Below, in pieces: positions 27,758-38,503 of a stretch of 64,000 nucleotides of DNA. The stretch comes from Candidatus Babeliales bacterium (GTDB lineage Bacteria; Babelota; Babeliae; Babelales; JACPOV01), in contig JBFWNW010000004.1 in NCBI GenBank assembly GCA_050250855.1, positions 128,001 to 192,000 of the forward strand, written 5' to 3'. Within the stretch, counting starts at the first letter, position 1. Each line of letters begins with the position of its first letter. Under the pieces are notes generated by a model. It was not told where the DNA came from. It saw only the letters and a program-made list of their open reading frames with translations, and ran no database searches. The position numbers and the translations under genes were made by a program.

Positions 27758-29677
27758 ATGGAAGAACATTCAAATAAATTTTACGTTACCACACCCATTT
27801 ATTATGGGACAGCAAAGCCTCACTTAGGTTCCTTATATTCAACCTTGCTTGCAGATGTTGCTACGCGTTGGCACAAAATGCTTGGCAACAGAACCTACTT
27901 TTTAACAGGTACTGATGAACATGGTCAAAAAATTTTACAAGCTGCTCAAAAAGCTGGTATGGAGCCACAAGCGTTTGTTGATAGTTTTGTGCATGATTAT
28001 AAAACTACTTGGCAGCATTATGAATTTGTGTACGATCAATTTATTCGTACCACAGATCCAGAGCATAAAAAGGCAGTACAGGAATGGGTAAAAACTGCAC
28101 AGAAAAAAGGTGATATTTATAAATCTGTTTACAGCGGCTGGTACTGTACGCCGTGTGAAACGTATGTAACAGAAACGCAAGCAGGCCCTCATGATAAAGC
28201 GCCGCTTTGTGCTTCTTGTAATCGTGAAACGAGCTATGTTTCTGAAGAGTCATACTTTTTTAAATTGTCTGCTTATCAAGAAAAACTTTTGCAATTTTAT
28301 AAAGAAAATCCAAACTTTATTGTTCCTAAAGAGCGATTAAATGAAGTTATTCGTTTTGTAGAAGCTGGGCTCAAAGATTTAAGTATTTCACGTACTACGA
28401 TTAGTTGGGGCGTTCCTTTTCCAGAAGATACGAGCCACGTTGTATATGTTTGGGTTGATGCGTTGCTTAATTATATTTCTGCCATAGGCTACGGACAGCA
28501 TGGCATGGAAGAAAACTTTAAAAAATGGTGGCCGGCCGATTTACAAATTTTAGGAAAAGATATTATTCGTTTCCATGCCGTTTTTTGGCCTGCATTTTTA
28601 ATGGCAGCTGATTTGCCGTTACCAAAAAAATTATTGGTACACGGTTGGATAAAAGTTGATAAGCAAAAAATGTCTAAATCTTTAGGCAATGTTGTAGATC
28701 CTATGGCGTTGTACGAAGAATATGGTGCCGATGCTGTTCGCTTTTATTTAGTTCGTCATATTGCCATTACTCATGATAGTGAATTTAGTATTGCCGATTT
28801 GCAAAATTGCATTACCAGTGATTTAGCAAATGATTTAGGTAATTTACTTAATCGTATGTTAACACTTGCTTTAAAGCATGACCTTTCACAGGTTCCTAAA
28901 CATACCGTGTGGAATGAAATGGGCGTTGATCTGCGTAACGCGTGTTGGGATGTCATTGAAGAATATAAAAATTATATGAACGACGGTATGTTTCATATGG
29001 CCGTTGCTCGTTTATGGAAGTTTATTAATCAGGTAAATGCGTATTTTCATGCCAATGAGCCGTGGAAATTGGCAAAAAATGCTCCAGTTCAATTTACTGA
29101 AGTAATTTCTGCTACCTGCCATAGTTTGTATACTATTGGTTTATTATTGTGGCCAGTAATGCCAAAAAAGATGGAAGAATTGTTACGTAATTTGGGTGTT
29201 GATTTTCATGTGAAGGGTAATATGGTTGAACTACTTGCCTCTAACAGGTGGGATCATCAATTTTATTTACAAGTAACTGAAACACTTTTTGCAAAACCAG
29301 AAAAGGTTGAAAAGATGGAACCTACAGAAAAAGTTATTACGCCAGAACAAGCATATATTACTATTGATCAGTTAACCCCTATTGAGCTACGCGTGGGAAC
29401 TATTGAAGCGTGTGATCATGTAGAAAAATCAGATAAACTCTATAAATTAAGCGTAAATTTTGGTGCATATGGCGTGCGACAGATTCTTTCTGGCGTAAAA
29501 CAAGCATTTAAGCAGGAAGAATTAGTCGGCAAGCAAGCAATTTTTGTTTACAATTTGCAACCTCGTAAAATGGTTGGGCTTGAATCTCAGGGTATGATGT
29601 TAATGGCAAAAGATGAAAAAGGCTTAAGGCTTATTGTTCCAGAACATGCAGTGGAAAATGGCACCAAGTTAAGTTAA
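27758..29677 (+). CDS. metG: Methionine--tRNA ligase with C-terminal tRNA-binding domain
   Basis: FYVTTPIYY, TGTDEHG, CxxC knuckle, YVWVDAL, GKDI, KMSKS, ESQGMML. Confidence 0.97.
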   Translation: MEEHSNKFYVTTPIYYGTAKPHLGSLYSTLLADVATRWHKMLGNRTYFLTGTDEHGQKILQAAQKAGMEPQAFVDSFVHDYKTTWQHYEFVYDQFIRTTDPEHKKAVQEWVKTAQKKGDIYKSVYSGWYCTPCETYVTETQAGPHDKAPLCASCNRETSYVSEESYFFKLSAYQEKLLQFYKENPNFIVPKERLNEVIRFVEAGLKDLSISRTTISWGVPFPEDTSHVVYVWVDALLNYISAIGYGQHGMEENFKKWWPADLQILGKDIIRFHAVFWPAFLMAADLPLPKKLLVHGWIKVDKQKMSKSLGNVVDPMALYEEYGADAVRFYLVRHIAITHDSEFSIADLQNCITSDLANDLGNLLNRMLTLALKHDLSQVPKHTVWNEMGVDLRNACWDVIEEYKNYMNDGMFHMAVARLWKFINQVNAYFHANEPWKLAKNAPVQFTEVISATCHSLYTIGLLLWPVMPKKMEELLRNLGVDFHVKGNMVELLASNRWDHQFYLQVTETLFAKPEKVEKMEPTEKVITPEQAYITIDQLTPIELRVGTIEACDHVEKSDKLYKLSVNFGAYGVRQILSGVKQAFKQEELVGKQAIFVYNLQPRKMVGLESQGMMLMAKDEKGLRLIVPEHAVENGTKLS

Positions 29678-29747
29678 TTAATTTCTTGATAATACAATTT
29701 CATGTTGGTAGGATTGGGGTAATGTAGTTTTTATTTAAGGGGAATGT

Positions 29748-32700
29748 ATGAAGCAACAATCCTGCCTTTTGTATGGTATTTTTTTATTTTCTTTTTTTGT
29801 TAGTCAGCCATTTTTTATTCACGCGAGTGAAAGAAATCGTGAATATCGAAATGCTATTTCTGAAGAATTTTCCTATCCGCACGTTTTAGAGCAGATAAAA
29901 GAACTTATTGATCTTCATGTACACGTATCAAAAAATATAGATCAATTGTCCGCTGAAGATCTTTCTATTTTTATGGGGACTTTAGAGGATCTGCTTTCTG
30001 TTATTACCTCGATAAAAAGGAGTACTACTAATCCTGATTATGTTGAGCCATTGAGTTTGTATGAAGAACATTGCCTAGCAGTTTTAAAAAAGGCTCAGTC
30101 AGTATCTTTTCATATGGAAAGTAAAGCGCCGCGAATTGATGCTCCTGTAATTACAGCAAATGATGCTGTTGTGGGTAAAGACGGCTGTGACCTTACGCAA
30201 GTTTTGGCCATATTAGGGGCTATTAAGAAGCGAATTACTAATCTTTCTATTCTTATATGTGAAAAATTTGAATTTACCTGGTCGATATTAGAGAAAATAG
30301 ATATTGACGTAAATGGGATATTTACTGCATTAGAAGATATTCAAATTAGTGTAAGTATTGATTTATCGGGAATTTTTACGGTTTTAGAATTTGATTTTAA
30401 TAATTTACAAACAATAATTTGTGAGAAGTTTGAATATACCTGGTCAGCTCTGCAGAAAATAGATATTGATGTTAACGGAATATTCACGGCGATAGACAAT
30501 ATTGATATTTGTCCAACAGTAGATTTGACTGGCATATTTACAGCCCTTGAATTTGATTTTAATAATCTACAAACAATAATTTGTGCGAAGTTTGAAGATA
30601 CCTGGTCGATCTTGCAGAAAATAGATATTGATGTAAATGGTATATTTACGGCTATAGATAATATTGATATTTGTCCAACAGTAGATCTTTCTGGAATATT
30701 CACCGCGCTTGAATTTGGTTTTCATGATACGCAAACAATTATCTGTGCGAAATTCGAAGATACCTGGTCAATACTACAAAAAATAGATATTGACATTAAT
30801 GGTATTTTTACCGCTATAGAGAATATCAATGTAAATGTAAGTGCGACAGTAGATTTATCAGGAATATTCACCGCGCTTGAATTTGGTTTTCATGATACGC
30901 AGACAATAATTTGCGCTAAATTCGAAGATACCTGGACGATCCTGCAAAAGATAGATATTGATGTTAATGGTATATTTACGGCTATAGAGAATATTGATAT
31001 TTGTCCAACAGTAGATCTTTCTGGAATATTCACTGCACTCGAATTTGGCTTCTTTAATACGCAAACAATTATTTGTGAGAAGTTTGAGGATACCTGGACG
31101 ATCCTGCAAAAGATAGATATTGATGTTAATGGTATATTTACCGCTATAGAGAATATCAATGTAAATGTAAGTGCGACAGTAGATTTATCAGGAATATTCA
31201 CCGCGCTTGAATTTGGCTTCTATGACACGCAAACAATAATTTGCGAGAAGTTTGAAGATACCTGGTCGATATTGCAGAAAATAGATATTGATGTTAATGG
31301 TATTTTTACCGCTATAGATAATATTGATATTTGTCCAACAGTTGACTTATCAGGAATATTTACAGCACTTGAATTTGGCTTCTATGATACGCAAACAATA
31401 ATCTGTGAGAAGTTTGAAGAAACATGGACAATACTTGGCGAAATTAACGAAAATGTACTAAATTTGTTTGAGTTTACGGCAAATCTAATAGGGACTTTGA
31501 CAGCGGATCTTCTTGATACGCAGACAATAATTTGCGCTAAATTCGAAGATACGTGGACAATATTGCAAAAGATTGATATTGATGTTAACGGCATATTCAC
31601 TGCGATAGATAATATCGAAGTATGTCCGACAGTAGATCTGTCTGGCATATTTACTGCACTCGAATTTGGCTTTTTTGACACGCAAACAATAATTTGCGCC
31701 AAATTCGAAGATACGTGGACGATACTAGAGAAAATTGATGTTGATGTGAACGGTATTTTTACGGTACTGGATAATTTAGTACTTTCAGTAACGATAGGTG
31801 AAATTACCGTATCAGTATCAATAGACTTGTCTGGTGTATTTACTGCATTAGAGTTTGGTTTCCATGATACACAAACAATTATTTGTGAGAAATTTGAAGA
31901 TACCTGGTCAATACTACAAAAAATAGATATTGACATTAATGGTATTTATACAGCAATAGAGAATATCAATGTAAATGCAAGTGCAACGGTAGATCTCTCT
32001 GGTGTATTTACGGCGCTTGAGTTTGGTTTCCATGATACGCAAACAATTATTTGTGAGAAATTTGAAGATACATGGACGATCTTGCAAAAGATTGATGTTG
32101 ATGTTAACGGAATATTTACTGCACTAGATAATATAAATGTATGCGCAACGACAGATCTCTCTGGCATATTCACGGCGCTTGAGTTTGGATTCTATGATAC
32201 ACAAACAATACTGTGTGCAAAATTTGAAGATACCTGGACAATACTTGGTGAAATTAATGAAAATGTACTGAACCTTTTTGAGTTTACCGCAAACTTAGTG
32301 GGAACTCTAACCGGTGATATTCTTGATACGCAAACAATATTGTGTGCCAAATTCGAAGATACTTGGACGATACTCGAGAAAATAGACATTGATGTTAATG
32401 GAATTTATACAGTTCTAGATAACTTAGTACTTTCAGTAACGATTGGTGAAATTACGGTATCAGTATCGATAGATCTATCAGGGGTATTTACAGCCCTAGA
32501 GTTTGGTTTCTATGATACGCAAACAATAATCTGTGCTAAGTTCGAAGATACTTGGACGATATTAGAGAAAATTGATGTTGATGTTAATGGTATATTTACC
32601 GCAATTGAAGCAATCCCTACCGTTGATCTTTCTGGTATATTCACAGCACTTGAGTTTGGTTTCTATGATACACAAACAATAGTATGTGAGAAATTTGAGC

Positions 32701-35700
32701 AAACGTGGACAATCTTGCAGAAGATTGATATTGATGTTAACGGAATCTTTACAGCGATAGATAATATTGAAATATGTGCAACAGTAGATCTCTCAGGCAT
32801 ATTCACTGCGCTTGAATTTGGCTTCTTTGATACACAGACAATAATGTGTGAGAAGTTTGAGCAAACGTGGACAATCTTGCAGAAGATTGATATTGATGTT
32901 AACGGAATCTTTACAGCGATAGATAATATCGAAGTATGTGCAACAGTAGATCTGTCAGGCATATTTACGGCACTCGAATTCGGCTTCTATGACACACAAA
33001 CAATATTGTGCGCGAAGTTTGAAGATACATGGACGATACTAGAGAAAATTGATGTTGATGTTAATGGTATATTTACTGCAATTGAAGCTATACCAACAGT
33101 AGATCTATCAGGCATATTCACAGCACTTGAGTTTGGATTCCATGATACACAAACAATACTGTGCGCAAAATTTGAAGACACCTGGACGATATTAGAAAAA
33201 ATAGACATTGATGTTAATGGTATTTATACAGTACTAGAAAACTTGAATCTGTCAGTAACAATAGGTGAAATTACCATATCAGTATCTATAGATCTTTCTG
33301 GTGTATTTACCGCACTCGAATTTGGCTTCCATGATACACAAACAATTATCTGTGAGAAATTTGAGCAAACGTGGACAATCTTGCAGAAGATTGATATTGA
33401 TGTTAACGGAATCTTTACAGCGATAGATAATATCGAAGTATGTGCAACAGTAGATCTCTCAGGCATATTCACTGCGCTTGAATTTGGCTTCTTTGATACA
33501 CAGACAATAATGTGTGAGAAATTCCAATATACGTGGACTGCGTTAGAATTTGGATTCTACGATACACAAACAATAGTATGTGAGAAGTTTGAGCAAACGT
33601 GGACAATACTGCAGAAGATAGATGTGGATGTTAATGGCATATTCACAGCAATAGTCGATTCAGAAGTAGATCTATCAGGCATATTTACCGCCCTTGAATT
33701 TGGATTCTATGATACGCAAACAATAGTATGTGAGAAGTTTGAGCAAACGTGGACGATCTTGCAGAAGATTGATATTGATGTTAACGGCATATTTACTGCA
33801 ATTGAAGCAATACCAACGGTAGATCTATCAGGCATATTCACAGCGCTAGAGTTTGGGTTCTACGATACACAAACAATAGTATGTGAGAAGTTTGAGCAAA
33901 CGTGGACAATATTGCAGAAGATAGACGTTGATGTTAACGGAATCTTTACAGCGATAGATAATATTGAAATATGTGCAACAGTAGATCTCTCAGGCATATT
34001 CACTGCGCTTGAATTTGGCTTCTTTGATACACAGACAATAATGTGTGAGAAATTCCAATATACGTGGACTGCGTTAGAATTTGGATTCTATGATACGCAA
34101 ACGATACTGTGTGAGAAGTTTGAAGATACATGGACAATACTGCAGAAGATAGATGTGGATGTTAATGGCATATTCACAGCAATAGTCGATTCAGAAGTAG
34201 ATCTATCAGGCATATTTACCGCCCTTGAATTTGGATTCTATGATACGCAAACAATAGTATGTGAGAAGTTTGAGCAAACGTGGACGATCTTGCAGAAGAT
34301 TGATATTGATGTTAACGGCATATTTACTGCAATTGAAGCAATACCAACGGTAGATCTATCAGGCATATTCACAGCACTTGAGTTTGGTTTCTTTGATACG
34401 CAAACAATAATCTGTGCTAAGTTCGAAGATACTTGGACGATCTTGCAGAAGATTGATATTGATGTTAACGGAATCTTTACTGCGATAGATAATATTGAAA
34501 TATGTGCAACAGTAGATCTCTCAGGTGTATTCACTGCGCTTGAATTTGGCTTCTTTGATACACAGACAATAATGTGTGAAAAATTCCAATATACGTGGAC
34601 TGCGTTAGAATTTGGATTCTATGATACGCAAACGATACTGTGCGAGAAGTTCCAGTATACATGGACGGCGCTTGAATTTGGCTTCTTCGATACACAGACA
34701 ATAATGTGTGAGAAATTCCAATATACGTGGACTGCGTTAGAATTTGGATTCTATGATACGCAAACGATACTGTGCGAGAAGTTCCAGTATACATGGACGG
34801 CGCTAGAGTTTGGGTTCTTTGATACACAAACAATAATTTGTGAGAAATTTGAAGAAACTTGGACGATCTTGCAAAAGATTGATGTAGATGTTAACGGCAT
34901 ATTCACAGCAATAGTCGATTCAGAAGTAGATATTTCTGGCATATTTACCGCCCTCGAATTTGGATTCTATGATACGCAAACAATAGTATGTGAGAAGTTT
35001 GAGCAGACGTGGACGATCTTGCAAAAGATTGATGTAGATGTTAACGGCATATTCACAGCAATAGTCGATTCAGAAGTAGATATTTCTGGCATATTCACTG
35101 CTCTCGAGTTTGGTTTCTTTGATACACAGACAATTATGTGTGAGAAGTTTGAGCAAACGTGGACAATACTGCAGAAGATTGATATTGATGTTAACGGCAT
35201 ATTTACTGCAATTGAAGCAATACCAACGGTAGATCTATCAGGCATATTCACAGCGCTAGAGTTTGGGTTCTACGATACACAAACAATAATGTGTGAGAAA
35301 TTCCAGTATACATGGACGGCGCTAGAGTTTGGGTTCTTTGATACACAGACAATTATGTGTGAAAAATTCCAATATACGTGGACTGCGTTAGAATTTGGAT
35401 TCTATGATACGCAAACGATACTGTGCGAGAAGTTCCAGTATACATGGACGGCGCTAGAGTTTGGTTTCTTTGATACACAGACAATTATGTGTGAGAAGTT
35501 TGAATATACATGGTCAATTTTGGCAGCTCTAGAACAAGATCTATCAGGAGTATTTACCGCAATGGCCTACGGTTTCTTGGACACAAAAACGGTTATGTGC
35601 CAGAAGTTCCAAGATACATGGACAATTTTAGATCCAATAGATGCGGCGCTTTGTTCACCGATAGAAATAAGACAAGCTCATGTTGGCGTAACAACGTATA

Positions 35701-37022
35701 CTATTTCACAACCCGGTTTCTATGTATTTGCAGAAAATATAACCTTTAGTCCGACAGGCTCTGGTCAACCAGCAATAGAAATTACCAGCAATGATGTCAC
35801 CATTGATATGTGCGGTAAAATATTGAGTCAAGGTAACAGCGCAACAGGTGTTAATGGCTTTAGCATACCAGGTAATACAGCCGCTTCACCTCGCACTAAT
35901 GTAACTATTAAAAATGGCGGGATTAGCGGATTTACAAGGGCTGGGGTTGTTGTGGGAACAAATCCTGTAACAGCTGCCAATACAGCAGCACAACTTATTA
36001 CGCTTAAAGATTTAACAGTTATTAATTGTGCTACTAGAGCTATAGATTTTGTTGGAAGTTCAGGGGCAACAATACGTAATTCTACCATAGAAAATTGCTT
36101 AATTACCCTATGTTGTACTGGAGCATCTGGCGATAATGCAGTTCGTTTAGAATTTACTCAATGTATAAATGTGAATAATTGTGAAATCAACAATAATGGA
36201 AGTACGACTACCAATTTAATAGCCTTACATATGGTTACTTCCAGTGAAATTAATGTAAATTATGTTGATATTGAATGCCATACCGTACAAAGCTTTACCG
36301 GAATATTTATTAATGGTAGTAATGATTGTTTACTCTCACAATGTCGCGTTGTAACTAATTCTGTTATAAATGCATTCAATGGCTTTGCCCAATCTGGAAT
36401 AGGTTTTGCAGGAAATATGGCCCAAGATCTTCTGGTTGCTAATAATGCAAGTACGAACGGCCCACTTGTTGGGTTTAATTTAGTGAGCAGCACAAGGACA
36501 ACATTGCAAAAATGTAAAGCTTCAAATAATGCGACTACCAATTCTGCAGCATCTGCAAATTGTTTTGGTTTTAATTTTGATCAAACCACATCATGTTGTG
36601 TCAGTGAATGTATAGCAAGTAATAATAGAGCGAGTGGTAATGGAGTGACCAATATTTGTGCCGGCTTTAATATAGGAACTTCATCGGCAACAGCAGGAAC
36701 TGGTGTTAAAAACTGTGAGTTCTTTGCAAATAGGGCTGAAAAAAATAGTGGCTTTACCGATGTGTTATCATTTGGTATTAGAGCGGTAAGTGGTACTGGT
36801 GGTAATACTAATAATGCCTATATTTTGAACTATGGTATTCGCAATGGACCCGGTACGCCAGTTGCTCTTAACCAAATAGTTGATAACAGTGGTGGCGGTA
36901 GTCCTGGTGGCGTTCCTCTTGGTTCAATTAGAGATTTAACCATAGCAGCGCTTAATATTCCTGCGGGTGTCTTAGGACTTGCAACGCCATCGTTAGGTAT
37001 TTCTAATATACGTGTTATTTAA
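29748..37022 (+). CDS. Giant exported repeat protein: repeat stalk plus C-terminal right-handed beta-helix domain (putative fibre/adhesin)
   Basis: Signal peptide; about 40 C[EA]KF-containing repeats; C-terminus begins YTISQPGFYVFAENI...AIEITSNDVTIDMCG, typical of beta-helix starts. Confidence 0.85.
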   Translation: MKQQSCLLYGIFLFSFFVSQPFFIHASERNREYRNAISEEFSYPHVLEQIKELIDLHVHVSKNIDQLSAEDLSIFMGTLEDLLSVITSIKRSTTNPDYVEPLSLYEEHCLAVLKKAQSVSFHMESKAPRIDAPVITANDAVVGKDGCDLTQVLAILGAIKKRITNLSILICEKFEFTWSILEKIDIDVNGIFTALEDIQISVSIDLSGIFTVLEFDFNNLQTIICEKFEYTWSALQKIDIDVNGIFTAIDNIDICPTVDLTGIFTALEFDFNNLQTIICAKFEDTWSILQKIDIDVNGIFTAIDNIDICPTVDLSGIFTALEFGFHDTQTIICAKFEDTWSILQKIDIDINGIFTAIENINVNVSATVDLSGIFTALEFGFHDTQTIICAKFEDTWTILQKIDIDVNGIFTAIENIDICPTVDLSGIFTALEFGFFNTQTIICEKFEDTWTILQKIDIDVNGIFTAIENINVNVSATVDLSGIFTALEFGFYDTQTIICEKFEDTWSILQKIDIDVNGIFTAIDNIDICPTVDLSGIFTALEFGFYDTQTIICEKFEETWTILGEINENVLNLFEFTANLIGTLTADLLDTQTIICAKFEDTWTILQKIDIDVNGIFTAIDNIEVCPTVDLSGIFTALEFGFFDTQTIICAKFEDTWTILEKIDVDVNGIFTVLDNLVLSVTIGEITVSVSIDLSGVFTALEFGFHDTQTIICEKFEDTWSILQKIDIDINGIYTAIENINVNASATVDLSGVFTALEFGFHDTQTIICEKFEDTWTILQKIDVDVNGIFTALDNINVCATTDLSGIFTALEFGFYDTQTILCAKFEDTWTILGEINENVLNLFEFTANLVGTLTGDILDTQTILCAKFEDTWTILEKIDIDVNGIYTVLDNLVLSVTIGEITVSVSIDLSGVFTALEFGFYDTQTIICAKFEDTWTILEKIDVDVNGIFTAIEAIPTVDLSGIFTALEFGFYDTQTIVCEKFEQTWTILQKIDIDVNGIFTAIDNIEICATVDLSGIFTALEFGFFDTQTIMCEKFEQTWTILQKIDIDVNGIFTAIDNIEVCATVDLSGIFTALEFGFYDTQTILCAKFEDTWTILEKIDVDVNGIFTAIEAIPTVDLSGIFTALEFGFHDTQTILCAKFEDTWTILEKIDIDVNGIYTVLENLNLSVTIGEITISVSIDLSGVFTALEFGFHDTQTIICEKFEQTWTILQKIDIDVNGIFTAIDNIEVCATVDLSGIFTALEFGFFDTQTIMCEKFQYTWTALEFGFYDTQTIVCEKFEQTWTILQKIDVDVNGIFTAIVDSEVDLSGIFTALEFGFYDTQTIVCEKFEQTWTILQKIDIDVNGIFTAIEAIPTVDLSGIFTALEFGFYDTQTIVCEKFEQTWTILQKIDVDVNGIFTAIDNIEICATVDLSGIFTALEFGFFDTQTIMCEKFQYTWTALEFGFYDTQTILCEKFEDTWTILQKIDVDVNGIFTAIVDSEVDLSGIFTALEFGFYDTQTIVCEKFEQTWTILQKIDIDVNGIFTAIEAIPTVDLSGIFTALEFGFFDTQTIICAKFEDTWTILQKIDIDVNGIFTAIDNIEICATVDLSGVFTALEFGFFDTQTIMCEKFQYTWTALEFGFYDTQTILCEKFQYTWTALEFGFFDTQTIMCEKFQYTWTALEFGFYDTQTILCEKFQYTWTALEFGFFDTQTIICEKFEETWTILQKIDVDVNGIFTAIVDSEVDISGIFTALEFGFYDTQTIVCEKFEQTWTILQKIDVDVNGIFTAIVDSEVDISGIFTALEFGFFDTQTIMCEKFEQTWTILQKIDIDVNGIFTAIEAIPTVDLSGIFTALEFGFYDTQTIMCEKFQYTWTALEFGFFDTQTIMCEKFQYTWTALEFGFYDTQTILCEKFQYTWTALEFGFFDTQTIMCEKFEYTWSILAALEQDLSGVFTAMAYGFLDTKTVMCQKFQDTWTILDPIDAALCSPIEIRQAHVGVTTYTISQPGFYVFAENITFSPTGSGQPAIEITSNDVTIDMCGKILSQGNSATGVNGFSIPGNTAASPRTNVTIKNGGISGFTRAGVVVGTNPVTAANTAAQLITLKDLTVINCATRAIDFVGSSGATIRNSTIENCLITLCCTGASGDNAVRLEFTQCINVNNCEINNNGSTTTNLIALHMVTSSEINVNYVDIECHTVQSFTGIFINGSNDCLLSQCRVVTNSVINAFNGFAQSGIGFAGNMAQDLLVANNASTNGPLVGFNLVSSTRTTLQKCKASNNATTNSAASANCFGFNFDQTTSCCVSECIASNNRASGNGVTNICAGFNIGTSSATAGTGVKNCEFFANRAEKNSGFTDVLSFGIRAVSGTGGNTNNAYILNYGIRNGPGTPVALNQIVDNSGGGSPGGVPLGSIRDLTIAALNIPAGVLGLATPSLGISNIRVI
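30250..35633 (+). repeat. Intragenic tandem repeat array (66-bp and ~150-180-bp units, 531-bp higher-order unit)
   Basis: Recurring GATAC[AG]CAAACAAT...TGTGAGAA[AG]TTTGA...TGGAC units; same blocks at 33441, 33972 and 34503. Confidence 0.95.
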
Positions 37023-37034
37023 AAGGATTGGCGC

Positions 37035-38492
37035 ATGAAACAAATAATTAAAAAACTATTTTTTGGATTAGCGGTTACAGCTTTTTCTGGCCTTTATGCA
37101 ACCTTTATTATTGATAGAGCTGGTTCTTATTCTTTAGGCGGTGATCTTATTGATCCCGGTGTTGATGTAGTACAGATATCAGCAAGCAATGTAATTTTTG
37201 ATCTTAGTGAAAATACCATTTCTTTAGGTTCAAATGGCATTGTTATTGATCCAGGCATTTCTAATGTTACGGTACGCAATGGAAGAATTACACAAATTAT
37301 CAATAACGGTATTTCAATTGGGGATGGGTGTGTAAACATTAATCTTGATAATATTGAAATTATGCAATGTGGCAATAATGCTGTAAGAGTAAATCAAGCT
37401 TGCAGTGGTGTTTTTATGACGAATTTGGCATTGCTTGGTACTAATAAATCTGCCATTTCTGTTGATCACGATGCTAAAACGATCCAAGGTAATACACTAA
37501 AAATAGGTACTTGTGCTGGTTCAGCAATAGAACTTTTAGGGACATCAACCGGTAATGTTGTGCGCGATATACTTTTGGATAATGTAATTACCATGTCAGT
37601 GTGCCTATCGCCTCTTTATACTAAAGCAATTCGTGTTGACTATGGTCTTAATGTAATTTTACGTAATATAACTATGGTTAACTCTGGAAACAAATATAAT
37701 CAACTAAACTTGATAGGGTTCAATAATTGTTATCAATGCACCGTTGCTCAAGTTGCAGCTTCTGGTAACAGCGGTACATCATTAACCGGGATTAATCTGA
37801 GCTCTACTACCAGCACCATTGTTCAGGGAGTAAATTTAGTTAATAATAATTCTTTAAGTGGCAACTTGACAGGCTTTTTGTTTGCTAACTATTCATCAAA
37901 TAATCTTATAGCATTATGTCGCGTTTTAACAAGCTCAGCAACGGGTGGCAATGCGATTGGCTATTGTGCAGAATCAACCTCAGAGCGTACTATTTTTAGA
38001 GATTGTGATATAGCAGCCTTAATGGGGACCAATGTTACTGGTTTTGATCTTCATGATAATGGAAGCCTAGGCAGTTTTAACTTGTTAGAAGGCTGTCAAG
38101 TTGTAAATTGCTTGGCGACTACCGGTAGCTTTGTGGGTTTTAATATTGATGGTTGCGATAAAGGCACCGTGTTTGATAGTGTGGCGTCTTATAATAGTGC
38201 TTTGTTAGGAAGATCCGTAGGGTTATTATTTAAAACCCCATCAGGTGGAAATCGTTGGAACATTAATCAGTGTAAATTTGTTCGTAATTATGGTATGGAT
38301 GACAATAATTCATACGGCGTATTAATTGAAGCTGGAGTAGAAAATCTTTTTGTTAAAAATTTCGCTTTTGACAACGGACAACTTGCCAATACACAAATGC
38401 AGGGAGTTCCTTTGGGTTCCATAACACAACTTACTACTGATAATTTAAATTCTGCAGATACTCCTTGGGCAAATATTATTATTATTCCTTAA
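37035..38492 (+). CDS. Exported right-handed beta-helix repeat protein
   Basis: Signal peptide; FIIDRAGSYSLGGDL...ISASNVIFDL, NVTVRNG, Asn/Cys ladders. Confidence 0.85.
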   Translation: MKQIIKKLFFGLAVTAFSGLYATFIIDRAGSYSLGGDLIDPGVDVVQISASNVIFDLSENTISLGSNGIVIDPGISNVTVRNGRITQIINNGISIGDGCVNINLDNIEIMQCGNNAVRVNQACSGVFMTNLALLGTNKSAISVDHDAKTIQGNTLKIGTCAGSAIELLGTSTGNVVRDILLDNVITMSVCLSPLYTKAIRVDYGLNVILRNITMVNSGNKYNQLNLIGFNNCYQCTVAQVAASGNSGTSLTGINLSSTTSTIVQGVNLVNNNSLSGNLTGFLFANYSSNNLIALCRVLTSSATGGNAIGYCAESTSERTIFRDCDIAALMGTNVTGFDLHDNGSLGSFNLLEGCQVVNCLATTGSFVGFNIDGCDKGTVFDSVASYNSALLGRSVGLLFKTPSGGNRWNINQCKFVRNYGMDDNNSYGVLIEAGVENLFVKNFAFDNGQLANTQMQGVPLGSITQLTTDNLNSADTPWANIIIIP

Positions 38493-38503
38493 AAAGGATT
38501 GGT

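Noticed and set aside
27800..27840. MetRS HIGH motif reads HLGS
   Set aside because: Within the known variation of class I synthetase HIGH motifs; all other motifs are intact.
30250..35633. Possible CRISPR array or DGR template/variable repeats
   Set aside because: The repeats are in-frame coding units varying mostly at third codon positions. There are no unique spacers, no adenine-specific variation and no cas or reverse transcriptase gene in the window.
30341..36541. Many antisense ORFs with repetitive translations inside the fibre gene
   Set aside because: Shadow frames created by the repeat's codon pattern; no SD or independent coding signal.
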